Positions 1-8,976 of a stretch of DNA of 64,000 nucleotides are shown here, piece after piece (the first letter of the stretch is position 1; every line of letters starts with the position of its first letter). The DNA is taken from the NCBI GenBank assembly GCA_965203515.1, contig OZ241907.1:1714578-1778577 (forward strand), read 5' to 3'. The DNA is from Spirochaetia bacterium (GTDB lineage Bacteria; Spirochaetota; Spirochaetia; SZUA-6; Bin103). The notes under the pieces are model-generated. The model saw nothing but the letters and a program-made list of their open reading frames with translations, made no database searches and had not been told where the DNA came from. The position numbers and the translations under genes were made by a program.

Positions 1-253
1 AGTGGAAGAAGGTGGAGAAGGCGCGCACCAGATTGGTCGTGTCGGCGATGTCCAGACCGGTCAGCAGGTCGGTCAGCGCAGCGCGCGCGCCGCTTCCCGC
101 CGCCGCGTCGCGCGCCTGCTTGCTCAGCGTGCGCACCTGCTCCACCAGTTCCAGCAACTGCGGGCCATGCTGGCGGACCAGCGTCTGCCCCAGCAGGTTG
201 CCGAGCAGCCTGATGTCCGACCGCAGCGCCGCGTCGTTCCCCGAAGAGCTCAT
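1..253 (-). CDS. ppc: phosphoenolpyruvate carboxylase, N-terminal fragment (rest of the gene lies beyond the window start)
   Basis: Reverse complement of 251-253 is ATG. Hand translation of the minus strand gives MSSSGNDAALRSDIRLLGNLLGQTLVRQHGPQLLELVEQVRTLSKQARDAAAGSG..., which resembles the conserved PEPC N-terminus (E. coli Ppc [43 protein letters not shown]). Not in the ORF track because it runs off the window edge. Confidence 0.6.
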   Translation of the reverse strand, partial: MSSSGNDAALRSDIRLLGNLLGQTLVRQHGPQLLELVEQVRTLSKQARDAAAGSGARAALTDLLTGLDIADTTNLVRAFSTFFH

Positions 254-340
254 GATCGGTACTATAGTGCTCGTCCTGCGATCGGTCGTTCCCGACCGCC
301 GTCTACTGGCAAGCGACCCATCGCGGCTTGGCGGTCCTGC

Positions 341-1633
341 ATGAATGCACTACTTCCCTACGTCCGCGAACTCGAACGTGAGCTGAGCGCGCCGAGTCGC
401 TCCGGTGCGCAATGGGAATCATGGCGCGACCGCTGTCTGGACGGTGGACCGGCCCGCGAACTGCGAGCAGCCGTTCAGCGGGCGGACCTGAGGGAGCAGG
501 GCGCGTTCTTTACCGGCCCCGAACTTGGCAGGAGAGCAGCGCTCGCGTTCGGCCCGCCGATTGCTGACGACTCGGTGTACTTTGATCCGTCCTGCGGGAC
601 AGGAGACCTGCTGCTCGCCGCGGCCGGACGGCTGCCCCGAGCGCCGACGGTTGCCGGGACACTTGCGCTCTGGGGAAGCCGCTTGGCGGGCTGCGATCTT
701 TCTCCGGTGTTCGTCCGGGCGGCCAGTGCGCGCCTTGCCCTGCTGGCGATGCGCCGTTGCGGCACCCGCGAGCGGGTCGCGCCGGAAGCGGCAGGTGCTC
801 TGCTGCCGGCGTTAACGGTCGACGATGCGTTGCGCTGTCCCGACCGGTACGCGGCGGCGGGCCGGATCATGATGAACCCGCCGTTCCGTGCCATCCGTGC
901 GCCGGACGGCTGCGAGTGGTCGGCCGGCCGCATCAACGCGGCCGCTCTCTTCACGGAGACCGCCATTCTCAACTCCCGGGACGGAACACGGATCACCGCC
1001 ATTCTTCCCGATGTCCTACGCTCGGGAAGTCGCTACCATCGGTGGCGCTGCATGATCGGCGGCAATGCGGTCGTAGAAGAGATTACCGCATACGGAGCGT
1101 TTGATCGCCACGCCAACGTCGACGTATTCCTGTTGCGCCTGACCGTCGCCAAGGGCAGGGAGGTCCCGACCGCCGAGGAGTGGGCGGGTATCGACAGGGT
1201 TTGCAGTGACACCGTGGCGGGGCACTTCACGGTCCGCGTCGGCGCCGTCGTGCCCCATCGGCACGGGGAAACCGGGCCGGAATACCCGTACCTGCATGCG
1301 CGCTCGTTGCCGCCTTGGCAAACGGTTACGAAGATAACTAAAACGCGGCGCTTCGCCGGCACGGTCTTCGCGCCGCCATTCGTCGCGGTGAGACGTACGT
1401 CCGGCCCCCGGGATCGACACCGGGCGGTGGCTACGATCGTGCTCGGCCGGCGGGCGGTGGCGGTCGAGAATCACGTCATCGTGTGCCTGCCCGACGACGG
1501 CACGATCGAGCGGTGTCGGGCTCTGCTGGCTCGTCTGCGCAGCGGCAATACCGATGGCTGGCTCAACCGGCGCATCCGCTGTCGTCACCTGACGACCTCG
1601 GCAGTGGCCGAGATACCGTGGTGGGAGCCATGA
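341..1633 (+). CDS. N6-adenine DNA methyltransferase-like protein (gamma-class: motif X FFTGP, motif I DPSCGTGDLL, motif IV MMNPPF; C-terminal TRD-like region)
   Basis: Track ORF 2..1633. Its first 113 aa overlap ppc on the opposite strand, so the start is set at ATG 341 (MNALLPYVRELE...). Motif order X-I-IV is typical of Eco57I/TaqI-like N6A MTases. The stop TGA 1631-1633 overlaps the next start (ATGA). Confidence 0.6.
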   Translation: MNALLPYVRELERELSAPSRSGAQWESWRDRCLDGGPARELRAAVQRADLREQGAFFTGPELGRRAALAFGPPIADDSVYFDPSCGTGDLLLAAAGRLPRAPTVAGTLALWGSRLAGCDLSPVFVRAASARLALLAMRRCGTRERVAPEAAGALLPALTVDDALRCPDRYAAAGRIMMNPPFRAIRAPDGCEWSAGRINAAALFTETAILNSRDGTRITAILPDVLRSGSRYHRWRCMIGGNAVVEEITAYGAFDRHANVDVFLLRLTVAKGREVPTAEEWAGIDRVCSDTVAGHFTVRVGAVVPHRHGETGPEYPYLHARSLPPWQTVTKITKTRRFAGTVFAPPFVAVRRTSGPRDRHRAVATIVLGRRAVAVENHVIVCLPDDGTIERCRALLARLRSGNTDGWLNRRIRCRHLTTSAVAEIPWWEP

Positions 1634-3696
1634 GCACGGCGCGCATACGGTTTTCCGCCGACATCCTGCGCCGACTGGGCGAGGAATTGAATCCCCATCT
1701 GGACAAGGGGATCGTGGAGCTGGTCAAGAACTCCTACGACGCGGACGCGACCTGGTGCCGCATCGAGATGAGCGGAACAGGCGGCGCCGGCGGCACCATC
1801 ATCGTTACCGACAACGGCGACGGCATGACGCCGGCCGAGATCGAACGGGGGTGGCTGGTGCTCGGCAGATCCACCAAGAATGCGGCGCGACGTACGCGGC
1901 TGGGGCGCATCCCGGCCGGCAGCAAAGGTTTGGGGCGGCTGGCGGCCCTACGTATGGGATCGCACGCGCTGCTGAGCACCAGACCGCGGAAGCAGCCTGC
2001 GGACGAGTATCGGCTACCGATCGACTGGCGTGCGTTCGATGCCACGGATCTGGTCGATGACGTAGCGCTGAATATCGACCATGCCCCGAGGTCACCGGAC
2101 TCCGGCCCGGGAACCGAGATCAGGATCAAAGGACTGCGCAAGCGGATACAGCGCATGGAGGTCAAGCGTCTAGCGCGCGAGTTGATCCTGCTTGCTGATC
2201 CGTTCGGCGACGATCCTGCCGGGTTCGCGCCCACGCTGATCGCACCCGACTTCAATGACTTGGCCGGGCTGGTGAGGAATCGATACTTCGATGATGCCGA
2301 GTACCATCTGGCCGCCGGCGTCGACGAGACCGGCCGCGCAACCGCGGCGGTGGTCGACTGGAAGGGCCAGCTCCTGTTCAGCGCCGGCCATGACGAAATC
2401 GCCGCGGCTGACGAACGCCGGCCCTACCACTGTCCCGCGGTCCGTTTCGATCTTTGGGTCTTCATTCTGAATCGCGCCACCTTTTCCACGAGAATCAGCA
2501 CCCTGAAAGAAGTCCGTCAATGGTTGGGTGAGTTCGGCGGCGTGCACGTCTATCACAATGGGCTGCGGGTGATGCCGTACGGCAACCCCGGCAACGACTG
2601 GTTGGAGATGAACCTGCAGCGCGTGCGTAGCCCAGAAGAACGTCCGGGAACGAATACCTCCATCGGCCGCATCGTGGTGACCGATACCGATGCGCGGCTC
2701 GTCCAGAAGACCGACCGCTCCGGGTACGTCGAGGACGAAGCGTTTACCGATCTGGTGCGATTCGCCCAGGAGGCCATGGAGTGGATGGCCGACCGGCGGC
2801 TGGAGACAGCGGAGCGGCGCCGCGCCACGGCGCGCGGCATCGCCTCGAACAGGTCACGCGAGGCGCAACGAGCGTTGCGAACGGCCATCGACCAAGTTCC
2901 GCTTTCAGATCGCGAGCCCCTGGAGGCCGCATTCAAGCAGTATGATCGTTCACGAGACCAGGAGGCGGATACCTTGCGCAAGGAGGTGCAGTTGTATCGG
3001 ACGTTGAGTACGGCGGGCATCACCGCAGCGACCTTTGCGCACGAGTCGAGCGGCAATCCGATCAAGGTGATAAGGCAGTCGGTCGACGCGCTCGCGCGCC
3101 GCGCCGGTGAGATGCTAGGCGACCGGTACGAGCCTCTGTTGAGCCGACCGGTGACCGGTATTCAACGAGCCGTCCGCAGCCTTGCCGTTCTGGGAAACGC
3201 CACGCTGAAGCTGCTCGACCACGACAAACGCCGGTTATCGAGAGTCGATCTGCATGACGTCGTACGTGAGGTCGTAGACACGTTCAGACCATTCCTCAAT
3301 GGAAGAAACGTGGCGACCACCGTGTGCCTGTGTTCAGGTGATCCCTACGTCCGCGGCAGTCGGGCAGCGATCGAATCGATCGTCACCAACCTGCTCAACA
3401 ACAGCCTCACCGCGTTCGAAAACGCCGGCACGATGGAACGAAGGATCGAGCTTACCACCTCGATCGAAGATGGTCGTTGGCGGCTGGCGGTGTCCGACAA
3501 CGGTCCGGGGATCACCGACATTAGTACGCGCGACATCTGGCTGCCCGGCCGCACTACGCGCAAGAACGGCACCGGACTGGGACTGACGATCGTCCGGGAT
3601 GCGGTCCGGGACCTCGACGGCGACGTCGATGCCCATGAGCACGGTGGCCTGGGCGGCGCCGAAATCATCGTAGAGATACCGATTCTGGGAGGCTGA
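1630..3696 (+). CDS. dual GHKL-ATPase protein: N-terminal MORC/Hsp90-like Bergerat ATPase + candidate H-box + C-terminal histidine-kinase HATPase_c
   Basis: ATG 1630 overlaps the upstream stop (ATGA). N-terminal domain motifs: ELVKNSYDADAT (N-box), VTDNGDGMT (G1), GSKGLGRLAA (G2). Mid region: ATFAHESSGNP (H-box-like). C-terminal domain motifs: IVTNLLNNSLTAF (N-box), VSDNGPGI (G1), GTGLGLTIV (G2). No TM segments. Confidence 0.6.
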   Translation: MSTARIRFSADILRRLGEELNPHLDKGIVELVKNSYDADATWCRIEMSGTGGAGGTIIVTDNGDGMTPAEIERGWLVLGRSTKNAARRTRLGRIPAGSKGLGRLAALRMGSHALLSTRPRKQPADEYRLPIDWRAFDATDLVDDVALNIDHAPRSPDSGPGTEIRIKGLRKRIQRMEVKRLARELILLADPFGDDPAGFAPTLIAPDFNDLAGLVRNRYFDDAEYHLAAGVDETGRATAAVVDWKGQLLFSAGHDEIAAADERRPYHCPAVRFDLWVFILNRATFSTRISTLKEVRQWLGEFGGVHVYHNGLRVMPYGNPGNDWLEMNLQRVRSPEERPGTNTSIGRIVVTDTDARLVQKTDRSGYVEDEAFTDLVRFAQEAMEWMADRRLETAERRRATARGIASNRSREAQRALRTAIDQVPLSDREPLEAAFKQYDRSRDQEADTLRKEVQLYRTLSTAGITAATFAHESSGNPIKVIRQSVDALARRAGEMLGDRYEPLLSRPVTGIQRAVRSLAVLGNATLKLLDHDKRRLSRVDLHDVVREVVDTFRPFLNGRNVATTVCLCSGDPYVRGSRAAIESIVTNLLNNSLTAFENAGTMERRIELTTSIEDGRWRLAVSDNGPGITDISTRDIWLPGRTTRKNGTGLGLTIVRDAVRDLDGDVDAHEHGGLGGAEIIVEIPILGG

Positions 3697-4353
3697 GTGA
3701 CCAACGGCAGCAGTACGATTGAACGGGTGCTTATCGTCGATGACGACGAAACGGCAAGGGAGGGATTCGGGTATCCGATTGAAGAACTGGGAATCACTCC
3801 CGTGCCGGAGACCGGGCCGATAGAAAACCTGCGTCGGTTCGTTGAGGGAGTGCCAGACCGGGCGCAGGCGGTGCTGTGTGATTATCGACTGAAGACGTCC
3901 GCCTATTCTTCATACAACGGGGATGAGGTGGTCGCCGCCTGCTATCGGCGCGGCATTCCGGGTCTGCTGTGCACGCAGTACACCGACGTGATCGTCGAAA
4001 TAAATCGGCGGCTGCGTCGGTTCATTCCGTCTCTCCTCAAGACGAGCTCGCCAACTCCTGAGGCCATTCACGCCTCACTACGCGCCTGCCAGGACGAACT
4101 CTCCGGTTCGATTCATCCTGCCCGGCGGCCGTGGCGCACTCTGGTCCGGGTGCATGACGCACCGGCGGATGCGGGCTACTGTCACGTTGTCGTACCCGCC
4201 TGGAATGCTGACCAAGCGATTCGACTGTATTTACACGACATTCCCGAAGAGATATTGCCGTGCATGACGGCAGGGTCGCGCGTGCATGCCAAGGTCAACA
4301 TCGGTGCCGGTAGTTTCGAAGAGGTGTACTTCGATGAGTGGGAGCCGGAATGA
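3697..4353 (+). CDS. receiver (REC) domain protein with ~100-aa uncharacterised C-terminal domain
   Basis: GTG 3697 abuts the upstream stop at 3696. RVLIVDDDETAREGF acidic pocket, AVLCDYRL candidate phospho-Asp, GLLCTQYTD, LLKTSS. Stop 4351-4353 overlaps the next ATG 4350 (ATGA). Confidence 0.55.
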   Translation: MTNGSSTIERVLIVDDDETAREGFGYPIEELGITPVPETGPIENLRRFVEGVPDRAQAVLCDYRLKTSAYSSYNGDEVVAACYRRGIPGLLCTQYTDVIVEINRRLRRFIPSLLKTSSPTPEAIHASLRACQDELSGSIHPARRPWRTLVRVHDAPADAGYCHVVVPAWNADQAIRLYLHDIPEEILPCMTAGSRVHAKVNIGAGSFEEVYFDEWEPE

Positions 4354-5417
4354 GAGATTGCGCCGGGCGCCTGCGTGAGACGCTGGCCGTACTGGACGTC
4401 GGACACGGCTCCAGTGCCGTCCTCTTTTCCGGGGGCGACGTGGCGGTCTTCGATACGGGACCCGGCTCCGGCCTGCTCGAGTTTCTCAAAGAGCAGAACG
4501 TCAAGCATATCAAGACCGTCTTCGTTTCGCATGCGGACCGCGATCACATCGGCGGCCTGGTCGGTCTGCTGGCCGCGAATATCATCACAGTCGAGCGGGT
4601 CGTCCTCAATACCGACAGCTCGAAAGGCTCCGCCGCGTGGGATGACCTGCTCTACGAGCTCGATGCTCGGCATCGGGCCGGAACGACCAGGTTCGACACC
4701 ACGATCCGCGCAGGTGACAGCGAAGTCTTCGGGACGGTGACCGCGGCCGCGGCCGGCCCGAGTACGTATCTTACGGCAAGAGGACCCGGCAGTACAGACC
4801 GGTCCGGCAGGAGAATCACCAGTAACTCGATCAGTGCCGTGATCCGGCTCGCCGCCGACACCGGTCCGGTAGCACTCCTGACCGGTGACCTCGACATGAT
4901 CGGGCTCGATGCACTGCTGCACGAGGGAGGCGCCATAGATGCGCCGGTACTGGTGTTTCCTCATCATGGCGGAGGAGTAGGCGGCAGCAATGTCGGTGGT
5001 TACGTCACCAAGCTGGTCAAGCGCGTGCGCCCGTGTGTCGTGGTGTTCTCCATCGGTCGCCGGCGGAAGGGAACGCCCGATCCTGAGATAGTCCGTTACC
5101 TTCGGGGGGCGGCGCCGGCGGCACGCATTGTGTGCACGCAGTTGTCGCAGCACTGCGCGAAGGCGCGTCCGACGTTCGCACCGGCGCACTTGTCACCGGC
5201 GTTCGCGCTCGGTCGAAGTGACGGCGCCTGCTGTGGCGGCACGATTCTGATGCCGTTGCGTGATGCGCCCGGGATCACGCCGGACTCCGCCAATCACCTG
5301 GAATTCATCAGGAAAGCGGCTGAAACACCGTTGTGCATGGGATGGCCGATCCCCGCCGTAGAACGGCCGCTCAGGCCAAGTGCCGGGAGAAGAACCGGAC
5401 CCAGTTGCGGTGCATGA
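4350..5417 (+). CDS. MBL-fold metallo-hydrolase (ComEC/Rec2-like beta-lactamase fold), Cys-rich C-terminus
   Basis: VLDVGHGSSAVL...VFVSHADRDHIGGL (HxHxDH-like), PVLVFPHHGG. ATGA coupling to the upstream gene. C-terminal CTQLSQHCAK...GACCGG cysteine cluster. Confidence 0.6.
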   Translation: MRDCAGRLRETLAVLDVGHGSSAVLFSGGDVAVFDTGPGSGLLEFLKEQNVKHIKTVFVSHADRDHIGGLVGLLAANIITVERVVLNTDSSKGSAAWDDLLYELDARHRAGTTRFDTTIRAGDSEVFGTVTAAAAGPSTYLTARGPGSTDRSGRRITSNSISAVIRLAADTGPVALLTGDLDMIGLDALLHEGGAIDAPVLVFPHHGGGVGGSNVGGYVTKLVKRVRPCVVVFSIGRRRKGTPDPEIVRYLRGAAPAARIVCTQLSQHCAKARPTFAPAHLSPAFALGRSDGACCGGTILMPLRDAPGITPDSANHLEFIRKAAETPLCMGWPIPAVERPLRPSAGRRTGPSCGA

Positions 5418-6483
5418 CGTCGGTCACCTGTTCGTCGTCGTAGCCGCGGCGGGTCAGCACGTCGGCCAGCCGGCGGTAGTCGACCACGGTGTCGATCTCC
5501 GCCGGCGCGCCGGCGCGTCCGCCCTGGCCGTCGGTGTCCCCGCCGATGCCGGCGTGGCGCGCGTCGCCGGCGAGCTGACAGACGTGATCGACGTGGTCGG
5601 CAAGATCGTCGAGCGTGACGTCGGCCTTGCCGAACGGCCGTTGCAGCCCCTCGACGTTGGCCCAATCGATGCCGCCGCGGTACAGCATGGCGGTGTCCAT
5701 CGACACCCCGATCACGCCGTCCCGCTCGATGATCGCCCGCAGGATTGCGTCGGGGAACTGCCGCTCACCGGGTACGATCGCCCGGCAGTTCTGGTGCGTG
5801 GCGATCACCGGGCCGTCGAACCGGTCGAGCGCCTGCGTGATGGTCGCGTCGGAGGCATGCGTGGCATCCAGCACGATGCCCAGCCGCCGCATGTCCGCCA
5901 GCAGCCGGCCGGCCGGTGGAAACAGCCCGCCGTCGGTACCCGTGCCGGTGCCGTGTCCGTACGCGCTGGTGTCGTAGTGGGTCAGGCTGACGATGCGCAA
6001 GCCGGCCGCGTGGTACTCCTCCAGCGACTCCGTATCCAGGATCGGATCGGCGCCCTCCAGCCCCAGGATCACGCCCACCGGCAGGTCGTCGAAGCCGCTC
6101 CCCGCGCGCTCCGCATCCTCCCAGCTCCGCACGTGCGCGGCCAGGTCGGCCGCCGATTTCAGGACGCGGTAGCGCCCGCGCCGCTCCATGATCCGGTAAT
6201 AGGCGATCTGGCCCCAGGTCTCCGCGTAGGCCAGCTCGCCGGAGCGGTGCCCCCAGAGCTGCGCCCCCGGACGATGGATGCGCGCGGTCAGCTTGCCGAT
6301 GAAGGCGGCGATGCCGGCGCGCCGCTGCTCCGGGACCGACGCCATCAGTTCCGTCTGATAGCCCAGGTCCTCGCTCGCCATCCCCGCCGGCGGCGCGGAG
6401 CGCACCGCCTCGATCGGCTGGGTGAGGTCGGCGTTGAGCCGCGCCGCCACGTTGACCGGATAGTCGCCGTCGAAGATCAGCAT
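5371..6483 (-). CDS. membrane dipeptidase (peptidase family M19)
   Basis: Track ORF. VSLTHYDTSAYGHG, ATHQNCRAIVPGERQ and AMLYRGG resemble renal-dipeptidase family motifs. Convergent 47-nt overlap with the MBL gene end. Confidence 0.75.
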   Translation of the reverse strand: MLIFDGDYPVNVAARLNADLTQPIEAVRSAPPAGMASEDLGYQTELMASVPEQRRAGIAAFIGKLTARIHRPGAQLWGHRSGELAYAETWGQIAYYRIMERRGRYRVLKSAADLAAHVRSWEDAERAGSGFDDLPVGVILGLEGADPILDTESLEEYHAAGLRIVSLTHYDTSAYGHGTGTGTDGGLFPPAGRLLADMRRLGIVLDATHASDATITQALDRFDGPVIATHQNCRAIVPGERQFPDAILRAIIERDGVIGVSMDTAMLYRGGIDWANVEGLQRPFGKADVTLDDLADHVDHVCQLAGDARHAGIGGDTDGQGGRAGAPAEIDTVVDYRRLADVLTRRGYDDEQVTDVMHRNWVRFFSRHLA

Positions 6484-6505
6484 TTCCGCGCCTCCGCTCG
6501 CCCAG

Positions 6506-7540
6506 TCAGGCGCCGGTCCAGTCGAACACGACGTTGACCATGCTCTTATCGCGCTTGAAGGCCATGTCGTACGCCTGCCGCATCTCGGTGTAGTGGAGCC
6601 GATGGGTGATCAGCTTGCTGGGCTCGAGCACGCCGTCCGCCATGAGCTGCAGCACGTGAGGCCGGTGATGGCGCGTGCCGGAGGTCGTGCCCGCACGCGC
6701 GGCCGGGCGCGGATACAGGCTGGGATCGCCGCCGCTGACGGCGATCAGGGTCACCGCCTTGTCGTAGAAGAGCTGCATCGACAGCGGGTTGAAGTCGAGC
6801 GCCTCCTCGCCGCGGCCGAGCAGGCTGACGATCGCCACGCGGCCGTCGTAGCGCACGATCTCCAGCGACGTCCGATACGCCGGCCACGGGTTCGCGGTCA
6901 GGATCACCAGGTCGATGCCGCGCCCGTCGCTGAACCGGTCGAGCTTGGCGCGCAGGTCCGGGTCGTCGGACATGAGCGCCTCGTGCGCTCCCATGGTGCG
7001 CGCCGCCCGCAGGCGGATGTCGCTGTTGCCCAACGCGACGGTGCGGGCGCCGAACAGCGGACCCAGCGCCACCGCGCCGAGCCCCAGGGTGCCCAGGCCC
7101 ACCACCGCCACCGTCTCTCCCGGCCGGAACAGCGCCTTGTGGTAGCAGAGCGCGCTCAGCGCATAGAGGTTGGCGTACACCGCGTCCTCGTCGGCGGCGC
7201 CGTCCGGGACCTTGGCGGGATCTTCGCCCGCCTGCTGGACGTACATCGACTGGTGCCAGGCGCCGGAGACCACCCGATCGCCGACTGCGAGGTGCCGCAC
7301 CGCGCTCCCCACCCCGCGTACGATGCCGAGGTTGCTGTCGCCGACCCCGCGCGGGTAGTCGGGCGCGCCGGGAACCCGTTCCGCCCCCTCGTAGTTGCCC
7401 CGGTCGGTTCCGATCTTCAGCGCGCTGACCGTCGTCTGCACCCACACTTCGTCCGGCGCCAGGTTGTCGGTATCGAGGGTATCCTCCTCGATGCGCAGGT
7501 CGCCGGGTCCGTAGAGGACCGCTTTCTTGCAGATCGTCAT
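6506..7540 (-). CDS. zinc-dependent alcohol dehydrogenase family (MDR) oxidoreductase
   Basis: Track ORF. GETVAVVGLGTLGLGAV Rossmann motif; GroES-like N-terminal region. Confidence 0.7.
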   Translation of the reverse strand: MTICKKAVLYGPGDLRIEEDTLDTDNLAPDEVWVQTTVSALKIGTDRGNYEGAERVPGAPDYPRGVGDSNLGIVRGVGSAVRHLAVGDRVVSGAWHQSMYVQQAGEDPAKVPDGAADEDAVYANLYALSALCYHKALFRPGETVAVVGLGTLGLGAVALGPLFGARTVALGNSDIRLRAARTMGAHEALMSDDPDLRAKLDRFSDGRGIDLVILTANPWPAYRTSLEIVRYDGRVAIVSLLGRGEEALDFNPLSMQLFYDKAVTLIAVSGGDPSLYPRPAARAGTTSGTRHHRPHVLQLMADGVLEPSKLITHRLHYTEMRQAYDMAFKRDKSMVNVVFDWTGA

Positions 7541-8976
7541 GGCGAGTCTCCCTCCTTATGCTCCTCGGCCTCGGCCGGATGCTCCTCGGCCGGATGCTCC
7601 TTGGACAGATGCGCCTGCAGACGCTGCGCCTGCTTGCGGCTGCCGATGTGGAGCTTCCGGTATGCCTCTTCCGAGGACGCGAACGGCGCGTCGCCGGTGC
7701 CGTGCCAGCCGAGCTGGGTGAACATCGGGTTGCGGCGGCCGGTCTGCGCCTCGCGCCGCTCGACGTGGGCCGCCATCCGCTCCTCCAGCAGGGCGACCAC
7801 GGCCGGTTCCCGATCGGCCAGGTTCTCCGTCTCATCCGGGTCGCGCACCAGGTTGTACAACTCCACCTCCGGCTTGCGGTGGAAGTCGGGCTCCAGGGCG
7901 CGGATCAGCTTCCACTCGGGCGTGCGCCAGCCGTGCTTGCGCATCCAGGTCGCCTCCGTCAGGTAGAGCTCGGTCTCCGGGACGAACGGCTCACCGCGCG
8001 CCGGCGGCAGCAGGCTGCGGCCGTCGAACTCCAGCCCCGCGTCGACGCCCAGCAAGTCGAGCATGGTGGGCGTCATGTCCCTGGTCTGCACCCACGGATC
8101 GACCCGCGCCCCGGCGGGCAGCTTGCCGGGCGCGCGGATGATCAGCGGCACCACCAGATTCGAGTCGTACAGGCCGTGATGGTCGTACCAGCACTCATGC
8201 TCGTTCAGGGTCTCGCCGTGATCGGCGGTGACCACCACCACCGTGTTCTCCGCCAGCCCGAGCTCGTCGAGCACCGTGAACAGCCGGCCGATCGCGGCGT
8301 CCATGTAGGCGACCGCCCCGTCGTACAGGCTGTCGACGAACCGGGCGTCGGTGACCTTGCCGGGAAACCAGGACCTGAAGTAATCCGCGAACGGCGCGAA
8401 CGCGTACAGGCGGTCGAGCGAGCGATTGGCGGGGTCGAGCTCGTCGCCCTCGTAGAAGAGACGGTCGAACGGCGCCGGCGGCAGGTACGGGCTGTGCGGG
8501 TCCATGTGACGCAGGAACAGAAAGAACGGATCGCCGCCGGCGGCGGCCGTGCGCAGATACGGGACGGCCACCTCGTTCAGGGCGTGCGCCTTGGGCATCG
8601 CGCCGCCGGGCGCGTCCCCCCAGCCTTCGTACTCCAGATAGGTCCGGAAGCCGCGCGACGCCGGATTGCCGGGAAACCCCACGCAGCAGGTCGAGTAGCC
8701 GGCCCGCTCCAGGATCTCGGGCAGCATCGGCGCGGCCACGTCGCCCTTGTGGCGCAGGCCCACCACGCCGGTGCCGAAGCAGTCGCGCCCGGTGAGCATC
8801 GACGCGTAGGCCGGCGTGGTCGGCACGCTCGGGCTGAAGGGGCGGCGGAACATCGTCCCCTGCTCGGCGAAGCGGGCGAGGTGCGGCGTGGTGAGGCGAT
8901 GGTAGCCGTACAGGCTCATGTGATCGCGACGCAGGCTGTCGATGGCGATCAGCAGCAGGTTCGGTCGAGCGGCCAT
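7537..8976 (-). CDS. sulfatase-like hydrolase/transferase (alkaline-phosphatase superfamily)
   Basis: Track ORF 7537..9162 trimmed to the internal ATG at 8974-8976 (MAARPNLLLIAIDSLRRDHM...). That ATG overlaps the upstream stop (ATGA). Motifs: VVVTADHGE, TPAYASMLTGR. Confidence 0.7.
   Translation of the reverse strand: MAARPNLLLIAIDSLRRDHMSLYGYHRLTTPHLARFAEQGTMFRRPFSPSVPTTPAYASMLTGRDCFGTGVVGLRHKGDVAAPMLPEILERAGYSTCCVGFPGNPASRGFRTYLEYEGWGDAPGGAMPKAHALNEVAVPYLRTAAAGGDPFFLFLRHMDPHSPYLPPAPFDRLFYEGDELDPANRSLDRLYAFAPFADYFRSWFPGKVTDARFVDSLYDGAVAYMDAAIGRLFTVLDELGLAENTVVVVTADHGETLNEHECWYDHHGLYDSNLVVPLIIRAPGKLPAGARVDPWVQTRDMTPTMLDLLGVDAGLEFDGRSLLPPARGEPFVPETELYLTEATWMRKHGWRTPEWKLIRALEPDFHRKPEVELYNLVRDPDETENLADREPAVVALLEERMAAHVERREAQTGRRNPMFTQLGWHGTGDAPFASSEEAYRKLHIGSRKQAQRLQAHLSKEHPAEEHPAEAEEHKEGDSP

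Noticed and set aside
2-340. N-terminal 113 aa of track ORF 2..1633 (MEEGGEGAHQ...) and ORF 12..344
   Set aside because: This region is antisense to the ppc N-terminal coding sequence. The methyltransferase motif X starts only after the internal ATG at 341, so the upstream extension is a high-GC open-frame artefact.
341-5417. Calling the four-gene module a Detocs system
   Set aside because: Detocs effectors carry their own receiver domain, usually with a PNP domain, and no MTase is part of Detocs. Here the MBL hydrolase has no REC domain and a DNA MTase leads the operon, so only a loose analogy is justified.
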